The notes under the pieces are model-generated. The model was not told the origin of the DNA, did not search any database, and worked only from the letters and a program-made list of their open reading frames with translations. The position numbers were made by a program, and so were the translations under genes. From Candidatus Acidiferrales bacterium (GTDB lineage Bacteria > Acidobacteriota > Terriglobia > Terriglobales > Acidobacteriaceae): 64,000 nucleotides of DNA. Shown piece by piece: positions 50,644-60,712 of the stretch. The stretch covers positions 11,379 through 75,378 of the forward strand of contig DATNDP010000221.1 of assembly GCA_035553195.1 (NCBI GenBank), given 5' to 3'. Numbering within the stretch: position 1 is the stretch's first letter; each line of letters starts with the position of its first letter.

Positions 50644-52036
50644 TCCACTGCATCCCTTCAGCTCCCTGCCTGCGCTCCATCCCCCCAAGCGGAGCAAGCT
50701 GAGCTTTGATGCGCGCATCACTCTCCTGACATTGTTAATCAGCGCTCCAGGAATTGTTGTTGCAGAAATCCTTATCTGGTTCAGCGGACATTCGGTGGAG
50801 TTCAAATGGACTGTCACCTTATTTATTGCCTTGGCCTGGATCATCGGAACATCAACATTGCATGGCCGCGTCGTCCGGCCGCTCCAGACCCTCTCCAATA
50901 TGGTGGCAGCGATTCGCGAAGATGATTTTTCCTTCCGATTGCGCGGCGGGAGCAGGGAAGATTCGCTCGCCGATCTCATCCTTGAGATCAACGCTTTAGC
51001 TTCACGCCTGCAGGAGCAGAAGGTAAGCGCGCTGGAAGCCACGGCGCTGTTGAAGAAGGTGCTCATGGAGATTGATGTCGCGGTCTTCACCTTCGATCAG
51101 CAGCAGCACCTCCGCATAGTGAACAGGGCCGGCGAGCAACTGATGGGTCGAATTGCCCCGCGCATGCTGGGGCTGACGGCGCAGGAACTAGGCTTACAGG
51201 AGTTCCTGCAGGCGTCGGAACCGCAAACCCTGCAGATGACCTTTCCGGGAAAGCACGGACGATGGGCCATCAGCCATACCAGTTTTCGCGAAAACGGAGT
51301 TCCACATCAACTCCTGATTATCTCGGACCTGAGCCGTGCTTTGCGTGAAGAAGAACGGCAGGCCTGGCAGAGGCTGATCCGGGTCCTTGGCCACGAGCTC
51401 AACAATTCACTCGCCCCAATCAAGTCCATCGCGGGAACTTTGGGTTCACTGACCGCCAGGGCGGAGATGCCTGATGATGTGACCCAGGACATGCGCCAGG
51501 GGCTGCGTGTGATTGAAAATCGCGTGGAATCACTCAGCCGTTTTATGCAGGCATATACCCAACTGGCGCGCATGCCGGCGCCCACGCGCACGCGAACTGA
51601 AGTAGGCCCGCTGGTGCAACGCGCGGCGTCCCTGGAGCGCCGCCTTGCCGTACGGAACTCCGAAGGGCCGCGAGTCTTTATTGACGCTGATCCCGACCAG
51701 TTGGAGCAGTTGCTCATCAATCTGATCCGCAATGCGGTTGACGCATCACTCGATGGCTCACTGAGGCAGGCGGGTTCGGTGGAAGTGGGTTGGCGCACCA
51801 ACGCCCGCAGCGTTGAAATTTTCATACGCGATGAAGGGCCAGGTCTCCTCAACAGCGACAATCTGTTTGTTCCATTCTTTACGACGAAGCACGGAGGAAG
51901 CGGCATTGGGCTGATTTTGAGCCGCCAAATCGCAGAGGCGCACGGCGGCGTCCTGCAGCTTTCCAACCGCTCTGATCGCACCGGTTGCGAGGCAGTCATC
52001 GCGCTGCCCCTTTCTTATGACTCAGCCTTTAGTTAA
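50633..52036 (+). CDS. sensor histidine kinase (2 TM, HAMP-like, PAS-like, HisKA, HATPase_c)
   Basis: H-box LGHELNNSLAPI, N-box LINLIRNAVDA, G1 DEGPGL and G2 GGSGIGL. Overlaps the response regulator gene by 11 nt. Confidence 0.85.
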   Translation: MASDPLHPFSSLPALHPPKRSKLSFDARITLLTLLISAPGIVVAEILIWFSGHSVEFKWTVTLFIALAWIIGTSTLHGRVVRPLQTLSNMVAAIREDDFSFRLRGGSREDSLADLILEINALASRLQEQKVSALEATALLKKVLMEIDVAVFTFDQQQHLRIVNRAGEQLMGRIAPRMLGLTAQELGLQEFLQASEPQTLQMTFPGKHGRWAISHTSFRENGVPHQLLIISDLSRALREEERQAWQRLIRVLGHELNNSLAPIKSIAGTLGSLTARAEMPDDVTQDMRQGLRVIENRVESLSRFMQAYTQLARMPAPTRTRTEVGPLVQRAASLERRLAVRNSEGPRVFIDADPDQLEQLLINLIRNAVDASLDGSLRQAGSVEVGWRTNARSVEIFIRDEGPGLLNSDNLFVPFFTTKHGGSGIGLILSRQIAEAHGGVLQLSNRSDRTGCEAVIALPLSYDSAFS

Positions 52037-52073
52037 GTCTTCCCGTCAGGAACGCGATATCATGTTCCTATAG

Positions 52074-52538
52074 ATGGAACAGGATCTGCACAACTTAAAA
52101 GATGACATGATCGCGTTCATTGAAGGCCACGGATTGCGCCGCTTCAATGCCTACGTCGGTGATGATGTGAGCACAGTACCCTGGGCTACTGGCGAAGACA
52201 ACCCGGACGCGTGGAAGGATTTCGTGGAGCTGGCCAAAGCATCCGGTGTGAGCTTTGTCACCATGAGCTTTGTGGAGTTGGACAAGGAGGATGTTGACCT
52301 TCTGCTGGACCGCCTGCAGGAAATTGAATACATGAACGAAGAGGATGTGGAGGAGGCACGGTGGCTGCGGAACTTTGTCGGCAAAACCGGACTTATTCAA
52401 CTCGGCTTCCCCTGCCAGGGCGTGATCTTCACGTATGAACTCTCCACCGAATGGTACGAATCCTTTCAGCGGCTGGAAGACGCAGCCGACGACTATGACG
52501 GCATCCTGATTGATGACTCCGATCAGGAAGAAGACTGA
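52074..52538 (+). CDS. hypothetical acidic cytoplasmic protein
   Basis: 154-aa ORF rich in Asp/Glu. No family recognised. Confidence 0.5.
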   Translation: MEQDLHNLKDDMIAFIEGHGLRRFNAYVGDDVSTVPWATGEDNPDAWKDFVELAKASGVSFVTMSFVELDKEDVDLLLDRLQEIEYMNEEDVEEARWLRNFVGKTGLIQLGFPCQGVIFTYELSTEWYESFQRLEDAADDYDGILIDDSDQEED

Positions 52539-52553
52539 CTCCGGCGTCTGATC

Positions 52554-54320
52554 ATGCGCTGGACCTACCGCAATCCCGACGAGTTCACAGCTCGAACGCT
52601 GGAAAGGGAAGCGGGCGTATCCTCCATGATGGCACGTTTCCTGACACTGCGCGGGATCTCCAGCGCTTCTCAGGCTGCCGAGTTTCTCTCCCCTTCGCTT
52701 GAGAAATTGCATTCCCCTTACCTGATGCTGGGGATGCGTGAAGCTATTGACCGGCTCTGCGCCGCCATCGCGCGCCAAGAAACCCTGCTGATCTACGGCG
52801 ACTACGACGTGGATGGCACGACTGCCGTCGTGGTGCTAAAGACGGCGATTGAGCTGTGCGGCGGCACCGCCGACTTTCACGTGCCGCACCGGATTAAAGA
52901 AGGCTACGGAATCAAAGATGATGTGATCGAGCGAGCTGCCGCAGCCGGCGTCAGACTGGTCATCAGCGTTGATACAGGAATTCGAGCCTTTCAAGCTGCG
53001 GAAACAGCGCGCCGTGTGGGCGTGGACCTGATTGTTACCGACCACCATTTGCCAGAAGCTCATGAAGGTGTGCCCCACGCGCTGGCGGTTTTGAATCCGA
53101 ACCAGCAAGGCTGCAGTTATCCTTGTAAGGCTCTTTGCGGAGCCGGGGTTGCATTCAAGATCGCTCAGGCGCTGTTTGCGAAATTCAAGGATGCATCCGA
53201 GCAGGCAAAGCTCATTCCATCATTTCTGAAGATGGTCGCCATGGCGACGATCGCAGATGCCGTGCCGCTGATCGATGAGAACCGGGCGATCGCGAAGATT
53301 GGCCTTGAAGGCCTGCGCAAGCCGGTGAACGGCGGCCTCAAAGCCCTGATGGAAGTTTCGGGACTTGTCGGCATAGGGCGCGCATTGTCAGCAGGCGATG
53401 TAGGGTTCCGGCTCGGACCGCGCATCAACGCTGCCGGGCGGATGGATGTTGCCCGTGATGTCATCGAACTGTTCACGTGCAAAGACTCCGAACGCTGTCG
53501 CGACATAGCGCAAAAGCTGGATCATCTCAACACCGAGCGCCAGAACGAGGAAGCGCGGATCGTGGCTGAAATCGAAGCGCAATTAGCAAGCGAGCCTGAC
53601 CTGCGTGGCAAATTCTGTCTGGTATTTGATGGCGAGGGATGGCATCGCGGAGTGGTGGGAATTGTGGCATCACGCGTGGTTGAAAAGACCGGGCGGCCCG
53701 CGCTGGTGGTGGCCAGAGATGGGCAGGAGGCGCACGGCTCGGGAAGGTCCATTTCAGCTCTGCATCTGCTCGACGCGTTGGACTCATGCAGGGAACTGTT
53801 CACTCGCTTTGGCGGCCACGCACATGCGGTGGGATTCGCTCTCCCGAGCGGCCAGGTTGGAGAGTTAAAGCGCCGCTTGAACAGTTTTGCGCAGTCAAAA
53901 CTGACCGCAGAGGACCTTGAGCCGGAACTGCCCATTGACGCAGAAATTCCACTCGGCGATGTTACGCCTCATTTACTTGAAGAGGTGTCTCGCCTGGAGC
54001 CGTTCGGGCACGGCAATCCTGAACCGGTCTTTCTGACAAAGAATGTCAACTTGCTGCTGCCCCCAAAGCTGATTAAGGAAAAGCACATAAAGTTACGGGT
54101 GAATCAAAAAGTTCCGGGGTTGAAGAACAGCTTTAACTATGAAGCAATGGGCTGGAGGATGGCTGAGCGACTTGCCACCGATGCTCTCCAGCCGGGCGAC
54201 CGCCTCGATATCGCGTTTAAAGTGGCCATGAATTTCCACCCCGACTTTGGCGGGCTCGAACTGATGCTGGAAGACTTCAGAAAGTCGGCGCCGGCCGCGA
54301 TTGCTGTTTACAGCGAGTAG
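52554..54320 (+). CDS. recJ: single-stranded-DNA-specific exonuclease RecJ
   Basis: DHH motifs (YGDYDVDGTT, SVDTG, ITDHH) and the DHHA1 motif GGHAHAVG, at the typical length. Confidence 0.95.
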   Translation: MRWTYRNPDEFTARTLEREAGVSSMMARFLTLRGISSASQAAEFLSPSLEKLHSPYLMLGMREAIDRLCAAIARQETLLIYGDYDVDGTTAVVVLKTAIELCGGTADFHVPHRIKEGYGIKDDVIERAAAAGVRLVISVDTGIRAFQAAETARRVGVDLIVTDHHLPEAHEGVPHALAVLNPNQQGCSYPCKALCGAGVAFKIAQALFAKFKDASEQAKLIPSFLKMVAMATIADAVPLIDENRAIAKIGLEGLRKPVNGGLKALMEVSGLVGIGRALSAGDVGFRLGPRINAAGRMDVARDVIELFTCKDSERCRDIAQKLDHLNTERQNEEARIVAEIEAQLASEPDLRGKFCLVFDGEGWHRGVVGIVASRVVEKTGRPALVVARDGQEAHGSGRSISALHLLDALDSCRELFTRFGGHAHAVGFALPSGQVGELKRRLNSFAQSKLTAEDLEPELPIDAEIPLGDVTPHLLEEVSRLEPFGHGNPEPVFLTKNVNLLLPPKLIKEKHIKLRVNQKVPGLKNSFNYEAMGWRMAERLATDALQPGDRLDIAFKVAMNFHPDFGGLELMLEDFRKSAPAAIAVYSE

Positions 54321-54342
54321 ACGCGAGGTTATAGTCCGCTTT

Positions 54343-54987
54343 ATGGAAGACAAAGTCGTTTACTGCTCACAGTGCGGCACGCCAAGCACGGGCGGAGCCG
54401 GTTTCTGTCAAAAATGCGGAACGCAACTGGTTTCATCCGCAGCAGCGGGATCGCCCTCGCCGGCTTCGGGCGGACTTTATTCGGCCGCTGCTGCTCCCGC
54501 CTTTCCTGCCGTACCCGAAATGGGCGAGCAGTACGCCGGATTCTGGATTCGCGTTGTGGCCTATCTCGTGGATCACGTAATCTTGGGTGCTGCGGTGGCG
54601 CCTTTTTATTTCCTTCTGATTTTCCCTAATGTGCTCAGGATCATTCAGCAGGCGCAGCAGGAGAATCGAGAGCCAGGACCCGAAGTTCTCGCCAACATGT
54701 TTGGGTCAATCTTTCTCGTTGCCTGCATTGCTCTTGTTGGAACCTGGCTCTATGAAGCGTTGTTGACCAGCTCTCCATGGCAGGGCACCGTGGGCAAACG
54801 CATTCTCCGCTTAAAAGTTACTGACGACCTGGGCAACAGGATCTCTTTTGCCCACGCCACGGGCCGCTTCTTCGCTAAGATTCTCTCAGGCCTGGTGATG
54901 GACATCGGCTTCATCATGGTTGCATTCATGGAGCGCAAGCGCGGACTGCACGACCTGATTTGCGGAACCCAGGTCTTGCGGTATTAA
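54343..54987 (+). CDS. RDD-family membrane protein with N-terminal zinc-ribbon
   Basis: CSQCGT...CQKCGT zinc ribbon, then the RDD-family pattern (GFWIRVVAYLVDHVIL ... GKRILRLKV ... RKRGLHDLICGT). Confidence 0.8.
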   Translation: MEDKVVYCSQCGTPSTGGAGFCQKCGTQLVSSAAAGSPSPASGGLYSAAAAPAFPAVPEMGEQYAGFWIRVVAYLVDHVILGAAVAPFYFLLIFPNVLRIIQQAQQENREPGPEVLANMFGSIFLVACIALVGTWLYEALLTSSPWQGTVGKRILRLKVTDDLGNRISFAHATGRFFAKILSGLVMDIGFIMVAFMERKRGLHDLICGTQVLRY

Positions 54988-55025
54988 CGTTCGGCGGTTC
55001 AGGCTTAAAGGTATCATTAGTCCAG

Positions 55026-57260
55026 ATGCCGCTCGATCCCAAACGCCTTCGCAGACTGTTTGCCACAGGAGCCATCCTCACAGTTGTGGTGGCGGCGTTC
55101 TTCTATCTCCGCGGCATTCTGAAGAGCGTTCCCGTCGCCAAGCTCCCGAAAAATATTCCAGCTAATGTCGAAAGGAGCGGGAGAGGATTCACCTTCTCTC
55201 AGTCAGAGGGCGGGAAAACCCTGTTTACGATCCGCGCTGCCAGCTTTGAGCAATTCAAAGAGGGCGGTAAGGCGGAGCTTCAGGACGTCAGCATCATCGT
55301 ATACGGCCGAGATGCGGACCGCTCCGACCAGATTTACGGCTCCGAGTTTTCCTACGATCAGAAGACCGGGGACATTAGCGCGCAGGGTGAAGTTCACATT
55401 GATCTCGACGTGAATTCATCCGGGGCATCGCAGCCGGGTCAGCCCCCGGCACAAGAAACGAAAAACGTCGTGCATGTGAAGACCAGCGGCCTTATTTTCA
55501 ACAAGACGAGCGGCCTGGCCCACACGGATCAGATGATCGAATTTCGGATACCGGAAGCCACCGGATCCGCCGTGGGTGCGACATATGATTCGCACAAAGG
55601 CGTGCTTACACTGAAGTCGGCGGTCAGGATAGCGAGCGTTGAGAAGCAGGGCTCAAGCCTGGCGGCGCAGAGCGCCACCATCAGCAAGGACCCGAGAACT
55701 ATTGTGCTTTACTCTGCGCGAGTCAAACAGCCGCAGCAAGCGATGAGCGCTGACAAGGTCTCGATTCTGCTCCGCGACGACAACTCCGTGAGTCGTATTG
55801 TTGGGGCAGGTGATGTCCGGGCGTCCGCTGAAGGTAAGCGGGCATTTGAAGTCACTGCACCTGAGGGCGAAGTCCTGATGGCGGCTAACAATCAGCCTCA
55901 ATCCGGGGCATTGTCTGGCGGAGTACATTTTGAATCGCGCGGCGTTGCGCCTGCGCGGGGCACAGCCGGCAAGCTCCTGATTTCCTTTGCTCCTCAGGGT
56001 CGCGTGAACAAGGTGAGGTTGCAGGATGCGGTGGAGCTAAATCAGGATAACGGACCGAAGTCGCAGCAGATAAAAGCTGTTGCCATAGATCTCTTTGTGA
56101 AACCAGGGAACAAGCTGGAAAAGGCGGTCACCTCGAACGGTCCAGCTCAAATCATTTTTAGTGATCGGGGAGCTAAGCCTAACACCTCCACCATCAGCGC
56201 TGGACAATTTGAAGCCACTTTCAACGCCCAGAACCGCTTGAGCTCCGTTTTCGGCAGCCCAGAAGCAAAGATTGTGTCACAAACACCCGGACAGCCGCCA
56301 CGGATTGCCAGCGGCGATGAACTCCACGCCAGCCTCACCACCAAAGGCCAGATTGCTGGAGCCGACCTCATCAACAATTTTCATTATCAGGAAGGGAACC
56401 GGTCGGCCAGAGCAGACCGCGCGCATTACAATGCGGAGGACGAAAGCTTCAATCTCACAGGGTCACCCAGAATCGCTGATTCGGGTTTTCAGCTCACCGC
56501 CAACACGATCCAGCTCGGCCGCAAGGCAGGCAGCGCCATCGCTCAGGGCGACGTGAAGACCACGTACAATGACATGAAGCCTCAGCCCAATGGGGCTATG
56601 CTGGCCTCCGGGCAGCCAGTCCATGTAACCGGCGCCAGCGTGACGGCCACCCAAGGCGGCGGAGTGGCTCATTACACTGCGGCCCGCCTCTGGCAGGGCG
56701 GAAACATCATTGAAGCGCCGAGTCTCACCTTTGACAAGCCGCACCGCAGCCTGCTGGCGCAGCGGAACCCGAGCGAAAGGGTGACATCGGTCTTTGTTTC
56801 ACCCGGTAAGAACGGCGCTTCCACTCCTGTGAACGTCACTTCCGACCGTCTTTCCTATGTGGATGCTGACCGGAAAGCCGTTTTCACCGGCAATGTACGT
56901 CTACATGGCGAAGATTTCACGATGAGCGCCGCCACCATCCAGGTGCTGCTTGCGCCTGCTCATCAAGCGGCGACTAAGTCCGGGAACCAGTTGGATCGTA
57001 TTGTGGCAGAAGGAGATATTCAGATTCAGCAGCCGGACCGAAGGGCTACAGGGAGCCAACTGGTGTACACGGCGAGCGAGCAAAAATTCGTGTTGACCGG
57101 GGTTCCGGGCAAAAGGCCTAGCATTTTTGATGCCGAACGCGGCCAAATTTCCGGTGATTCGTTGACTTTCTATACTCACGATGGTAGGGTGCTGATAGGT
57201 AGCGGACAAACATCGCAGAGCCTAACCCCAACTAGGATTCGAGACGCGAGCACGAAGTAA
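55026..57260 (+). CDS. large membrane-anchored LptC/LptA (OstA)-like LPS-transport bridge protein
   Basis: N-terminal TM anchor, then repeated OstA-like beta-jellyroll segments (for example [23 protein letters not shown]; [23 protein letters not shown]). Its stop overlaps the lptB start (TAATG). Confidence 0.65.
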   Translation: MPLDPKRLRRLFATGAILTVVVAAFFYLRGILKSVPVAKLPKNIPANVERSGRGFTFSQSEGGKTLFTIRAASFEQFKEGGKAELQDVSIIVYGRDADRSDQIYGSEFSYDQKTGDISAQGEVHIDLDVNSSGASQPGQPPAQETKNVVHVKTSGLIFNKTSGLAHTDQMIEFRIPEATGSAVGATYDSHKGVLTLKSAVRIASVEKQGSSLAAQSATISKDPRTIVLYSARVKQPQQAMSADKVSILLRDDNSVSRIVGAGDVRASAEGKRAFEVTAPEGEVLMAANNQPQSGALSGGVHFESRGVAPARGTAGKLLISFAPQGRVNKVRLQDAVELNQDNGPKSQQIKAVAIDLFVKPGNKLEKAVTSNGPAQIIFSDRGAKPNTSTISAGQFEATFNAQNRLSSVFGSPEAKIVSQTPGQPPRIASGDELHASLTTKGQIAGADLINNFHYQEGNRSARADRAHYNAEDESFNLTGSPRIADSGFQLTANTIQLGRKAGSAIAQGDVKTTYNDMKPQPNGAMLASGQPVHVTGASVTATQGGGVAHYTAARLWQGGNIIEAPSLTFDKPHRSLLAQRNPSERVTSVFVSPGKNGASTPVNVTSDRLSYVDADRKAVFTGNVRLHGEDFTMSAATIQVLLAPAHQAATKSGNQLDRIVAEGDIQIQQPDRRATGSQLVYTASEQKFVLTGVPGKRPSIFDAERGQISGDSLTFYTHDGRVLIGSGQTSQSLTPTRIRDASTK

Positions 57261-57988
57261 TGCAGACCCTGGCTACGGACGACATCGCGAAATCGTACCG
57301 CGGTCGCAGGGTGGTGAACGGCGTCAGCCTCCATATTAACCAAGCTGAGGTAGTCGGGCTGCTGGGACCCAACGGCGCCGGCAAGACCACCACGTTTTAC
57401 ATGACCGTGGGATTGGTGCCGCCGGATAGTGGGCGCATCCTGATGGATGGGGAGGAAATAACGGGCGTTCCCATGTACCTGCGCGCGCGGGAGTACGGTA
57501 TCAGCTACCTGCCGCAGGAGCCGTCAGTTTTTCGCAAGCTAACGGTGGAAGAAAACATCATGGCGGTCCTGGAAGTACAGCGCCTGTCATGGCAGGAGCG
57601 GCGGAAAAAGCGCGACCAGTTGATTGACGAGTTGGGCCTTGGCCATATCCGCAACAACATGGGTTACGCATTGTCAGGCGGCGAACGACGACGGGTCGAA
57701 ATTGCGCGAGCGCTGTGCATTGCGCCCAAATTTATCCTGCTGGATGAACCGTTCTCGGGTATTGATCCGATTGCTGTTCTGGACCTGCAGAAGATCATTT
57801 TCGATTTAAAAGGTAGCGGCATTGGCGTGTTGATCACGGATCATAACGTTCGTGAAACGCTTTCCGTGACAGACCGGGCCTACATCATCAACGAAGGGCG
57901 AATCTTCCGTACCGGCACTCCGGAACAACTGGGAAACGATCCCGAAGTCAAAAGAGTTTACCTGGGGGAAAGCTTTTCGTTTGTGTGA
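57260..57988 (+). CDS. lptB: LPS export ABC transporter ATP-binding protein
   Basis: Walker [10 protein letters not shown], signature LSGGERRR and Walker B ILLDEP. It sits in the classical position upstream of rpoN. Confidence 0.95.
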   Translation: MQTLATDDIAKSYRGRRVVNGVSLHINQAEVVGLLGPNGAGKTTTFYMTVGLVPPDSGRILMDGEEITGVPMYLRAREYGISYLPQEPSVFRKLTVEENIMAVLEVQRLSWQERRKKRDQLIDELGLGHIRNNMGYALSGGERRRVEIARALCIAPKFILLDEPFSGIDPIAVLDLQKIIFDLKGSGIGVLITDHNVRETLSVTDRAYIINEGRIFRTGTPEQLGNDPEVKRVYLGESFSFV

Positions 57989-58111
57989 ACGTGATTTGAG
58001 AAATGCTGGGCCACAAGCGCCAATAAACGCCAGAATTACGAGCGTACCCTTTCATCACAAACGGTACGGTGCAACAATAGAAGCAGGAAAACAGGGACAA
58101 ATCAGGGAAGA

Positions 58112-59794
58112 ATGGTTTTACTGCAGAACAAGCTGAATCTCAAGGTTGCTCAAAAGCAGATTCTCACGCCGGGACTGGTGCAGATGGTGAGCGTCCTGGC
58201 GCTCAACAAGCTCGAGCTCCGGGAGATGATTAACACTGAAATGGTGGAAAACCCTGTTCTGGAAGAATTGGATTCTTCCGTTCCTCTGCTGGATGAGGTG
58301 GCGGGGCGCGAAGAGGCCCGGGATCGCGAAGCAGCACAGGAGTTGGAAGCGGCAAAGGGTCAAGAGTCCGCGCCGGAGGCGGAGAAGAAAGACCCATTTG
58401 ACGAGATCGATTTCGGCTCTTTCTTCCGCGACTATCTGGATCCGGGGTACCGCAGCTCGAGTGATCTTGAAGAAATTGAGCGCCCCTCGTTTGAGAATTT
58501 TCTTTCCAAGCCGACCAACCTTACTGACCATCTGATGTGGCAATTGGGCTCGCTCAATGTCACGCGTCGGGTGCATGCCGCGGCGGAACTTGTAATTGGC
58601 AACCTGAATGAAGAAGGCTATTTGACGGCATCGGAAGACGAGTTGCTTGGAATCGTTGCCGTCGGCGATGAAGCAGGTCAGCCGTCGAGCTCGACCGAAA
58701 CTGCCGTGAGTGAGGATCCTGCAACCCTAAACGGCGATAAAGAAGCTTCCCATCTGGAGCTGGTGGTTTCCCATACTCCATCGCCTGAAGCCGTGGCCTC
58801 GAATAACCATCTTTCCCCGGTATTGCAATTCACCCGCGAAGATTTGCAGGAAGCAATCCGGCTAATCCGACATTTTGATCCCGTAGGAGTGGCGGCGCGC
58901 GACCTCCGCGAGTGCCTGATGGCACAGCTCGAATACCTCCGCAACACCCGTGAAATGGAAGGTTCAGACGACCCGGAGAACGACCAAGTCATAGAAGACG
59001 CGCTGAAGATCGTGGATGGCCAGTTGCACCTGCTGCAGAACAAGCAGTACAGGGAGATTGCAAAGGCTATTGGCCGCACCATGGAAGCGGTAATTCAGGC
59101 GCACGAATTTATTCGCACCCTGGATCCCAAACCCGGGCTGCGCTACAACAAGATTGAGCCCAGGCTGATTGAGCCGGATGTCGCTTTTGTGAAGCACGGA
59201 GATGAATATCTGGTGCTGATGAACGATGAGGATCTGCCTCAATTGCGGGTAAGTCCCACCTACCGAAAAATGCTTCACCAGAACCAGGGTGTGGAAAAGG
59301 ACGTCAAGTCCTACGTGAAGGAACGTTACAAATCCGCCGTTCAGTTGATCAAGAACATCGAACAGCGGCGGCAGACGATCCTGAAGGTTTGTCAAGCGAT
59401 CATTGGACGACAGCGAGACTTCCTGGATCATGGAATCGATCTGCTCAAGCCGATGATGATCAAGGAAGTGGCCGAAGAAATTGGGGTGCATCCTTCCACC
59501 GTGAGCCGCGCAGTGGCCAACAAGTACGTCCATACACAGCAAGGCGTTTATGAGCTGCGCTTCTTCTTCTCAGAGAGCGTCCAGGGACCCGAAGGCGCCG
59601 GTACGTCATTGCTCATCTTGAAACGGCGCGTGAAGAAGTTGATTGAGGAGGAAGATCCTGCACACCCGCTCACTGACGAGCAGATCACCAAAGTGCTGCA
59701 ATCCCAGGGCATTCAAGTGACACGGCGCACAGTAGCAAAATACCGCGAAGACATGAAGATCCCCAGCACGCATCAAAGGAGGGTGAAAAACTAG
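58112..59794 (+). CDS. rpoN: RNA polymerase sigma-54 factor
   Basis: Region I (LKVAQKQILTPGLVQMVSVLALNKLEL), an acidic region II, and the C-terminal RpoN box (ARRTVAKYR-type: TRRTVAKYRE). Confidence 0.95.
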   Translation: MVLLQNKLNLKVAQKQILTPGLVQMVSVLALNKLELREMINTEMVENPVLEELDSSVPLLDEVAGREEARDREAAQELEAAKGQESAPEAEKKDPFDEIDFGSFFRDYLDPGYRSSSDLEEIERPSFENFLSKPTNLTDHLMWQLGSLNVTRRVHAAAELVIGNLNEEGYLTASEDELLGIVAVGDEAGQPSSSTETAVSEDPATLNGDKEASHLELVVSHTPSPEAVASNNHLSPVLQFTREDLQEAIRLIRHFDPVGVAARDLRECLMAQLEYLRNTREMEGSDDPENDQVIEDALKIVDGQLHLLQNKQYREIAKAIGRTMEAVIQAHEFIRTLDPKPGLRYNKIEPRLIEPDVAFVKHGDEYLVLMNDEDLPQLRVSPTYRKMLHQNQGVEKDVKSYVKERYKSAVQLIKNIEQRRQTILKVCQAIIGRQRDFLDHGIDLLKPMMIKEVAEEIGVHPSTVSRAVANKYVHTQQGVYELRFFFSESVQGPEGAGTSLLILKRRVKKLIEEEDPAHPLTDEQITKVLQSQGIQVTRRTVAKYREDMKIPSTHQRRVKN

Positions 59795-59913
59795 CTGTTC
59801 GGGAACCCGTTGCGCGAGAGCGTGAGTTCCCCCGGAAACATGCAAGATGCCTGTATGTGTCTCCCGGGCACAGTCAGACCACTCCAAAATGGATCCAACC
59901 AGGAGGGGAGTCA

Positions 59914-60516
59914 ATGAACGTGGAATATACTGGCCGGCAGTTTGAAATTACTCCCGCAGCCCGCAAACAGGTGGAAACCGGGCTGGAAAAGCTCAAAAAA
60001 CACCTAGGCAGCAACTTTCAAACCCACGTAATTCTTTCCGTCGAAAAACATCGTTCCATTGCCGAAATCACCGTTGCTGTGCGCAATCACGCGCCGATTG
60101 TCGGCCTCCATCAAGCCACCGACATGAGCGTGGCCATCAGCACCGCGCTGGACAAGATTGAGCGCCAGGCAGTGAAATACAAGACCCGCTGGAAGAGCAA
60201 GAAGCAGAAAGCACGCAAACACCAGGTTGAACCAGTGCCAGAAGAGGTTTCACTGGCAATCGCCGTGGGCGGCGATCTCAAGAGTGCTATCCCTGTCAAA
60301 GTGCATTCTTTTCCGAACAACGTCAAATTCACAGAAGCTCATATCACCAAGAGTTCTGACTCCGTGTCCCACAAGCCACTTACGCTCGAGGAGGCGGTAA
60401 AGGAGTGCGAGTTCCGTGACCGGGACGTGTTCGTGTTCCGCGACATGGAGGGCAGGGTAAAGGTCCTGCACCGCAAGAAGGACGGCAAAATGGAGCTGAT
60501 CGAAGCACCGCTTTAG
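59914..60516 (+). CDS. hpf: ribosome hibernation-promoting factor, long form
   Basis: N-terminal S30AE/YfiA fold (NVEYTGRQFEITPA...) plus a C-terminal dimerisation domain (FVFRDMEGRVKVLHRKKDG). ATG 59914 is preceded by AGGAGGGGAG. Confidence 0.9.
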   Translation: MNVEYTGRQFEITPAARKQVETGLEKLKKHLGSNFQTHVILSVEKHRSIAEITVAVRNHAPIVGLHQATDMSVAISTALDKIERQAVKYKTRWKSKKQKARKHQVEPVPEEVSLAIAVGGDLKSAIPVKVHSFPNNVKFTEAHITKSSDSVSHKPLTLEEAVKECEFRDRDVFVFRDMEGRVKVLHRKKDGKMELIEAPL

Positions 60517-60712
60517 TTTCTGTCGCTGCGCTCCACACCGCGTTACGTTATTTGAACGTACGAACCTATCTAGGCTCTTGAACCAGCCCGCTCGGCACGC
60601 AAGACGGCCTCGCAGGCTTGACTGTTTTCGCTTCGATTGGTGCGCGCATTGGGTGGCGGGCTGTGAAAATCTCGTCTTCTTCTGCGGCGTATAATTGAGT
60701 GAGTTTCCTATC

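Noticed and set aside
60517-60712. Looked for an SRP (4.5S/ffs) RNA gene, which often precedes dnaX-ybaB-recR.
   Set aside because: Neither strand contains the conserved domain IV sequence (GGAAGCAGCC-type loop with its flanking helix). It is treated as an ordinary intergenic or promoter region.
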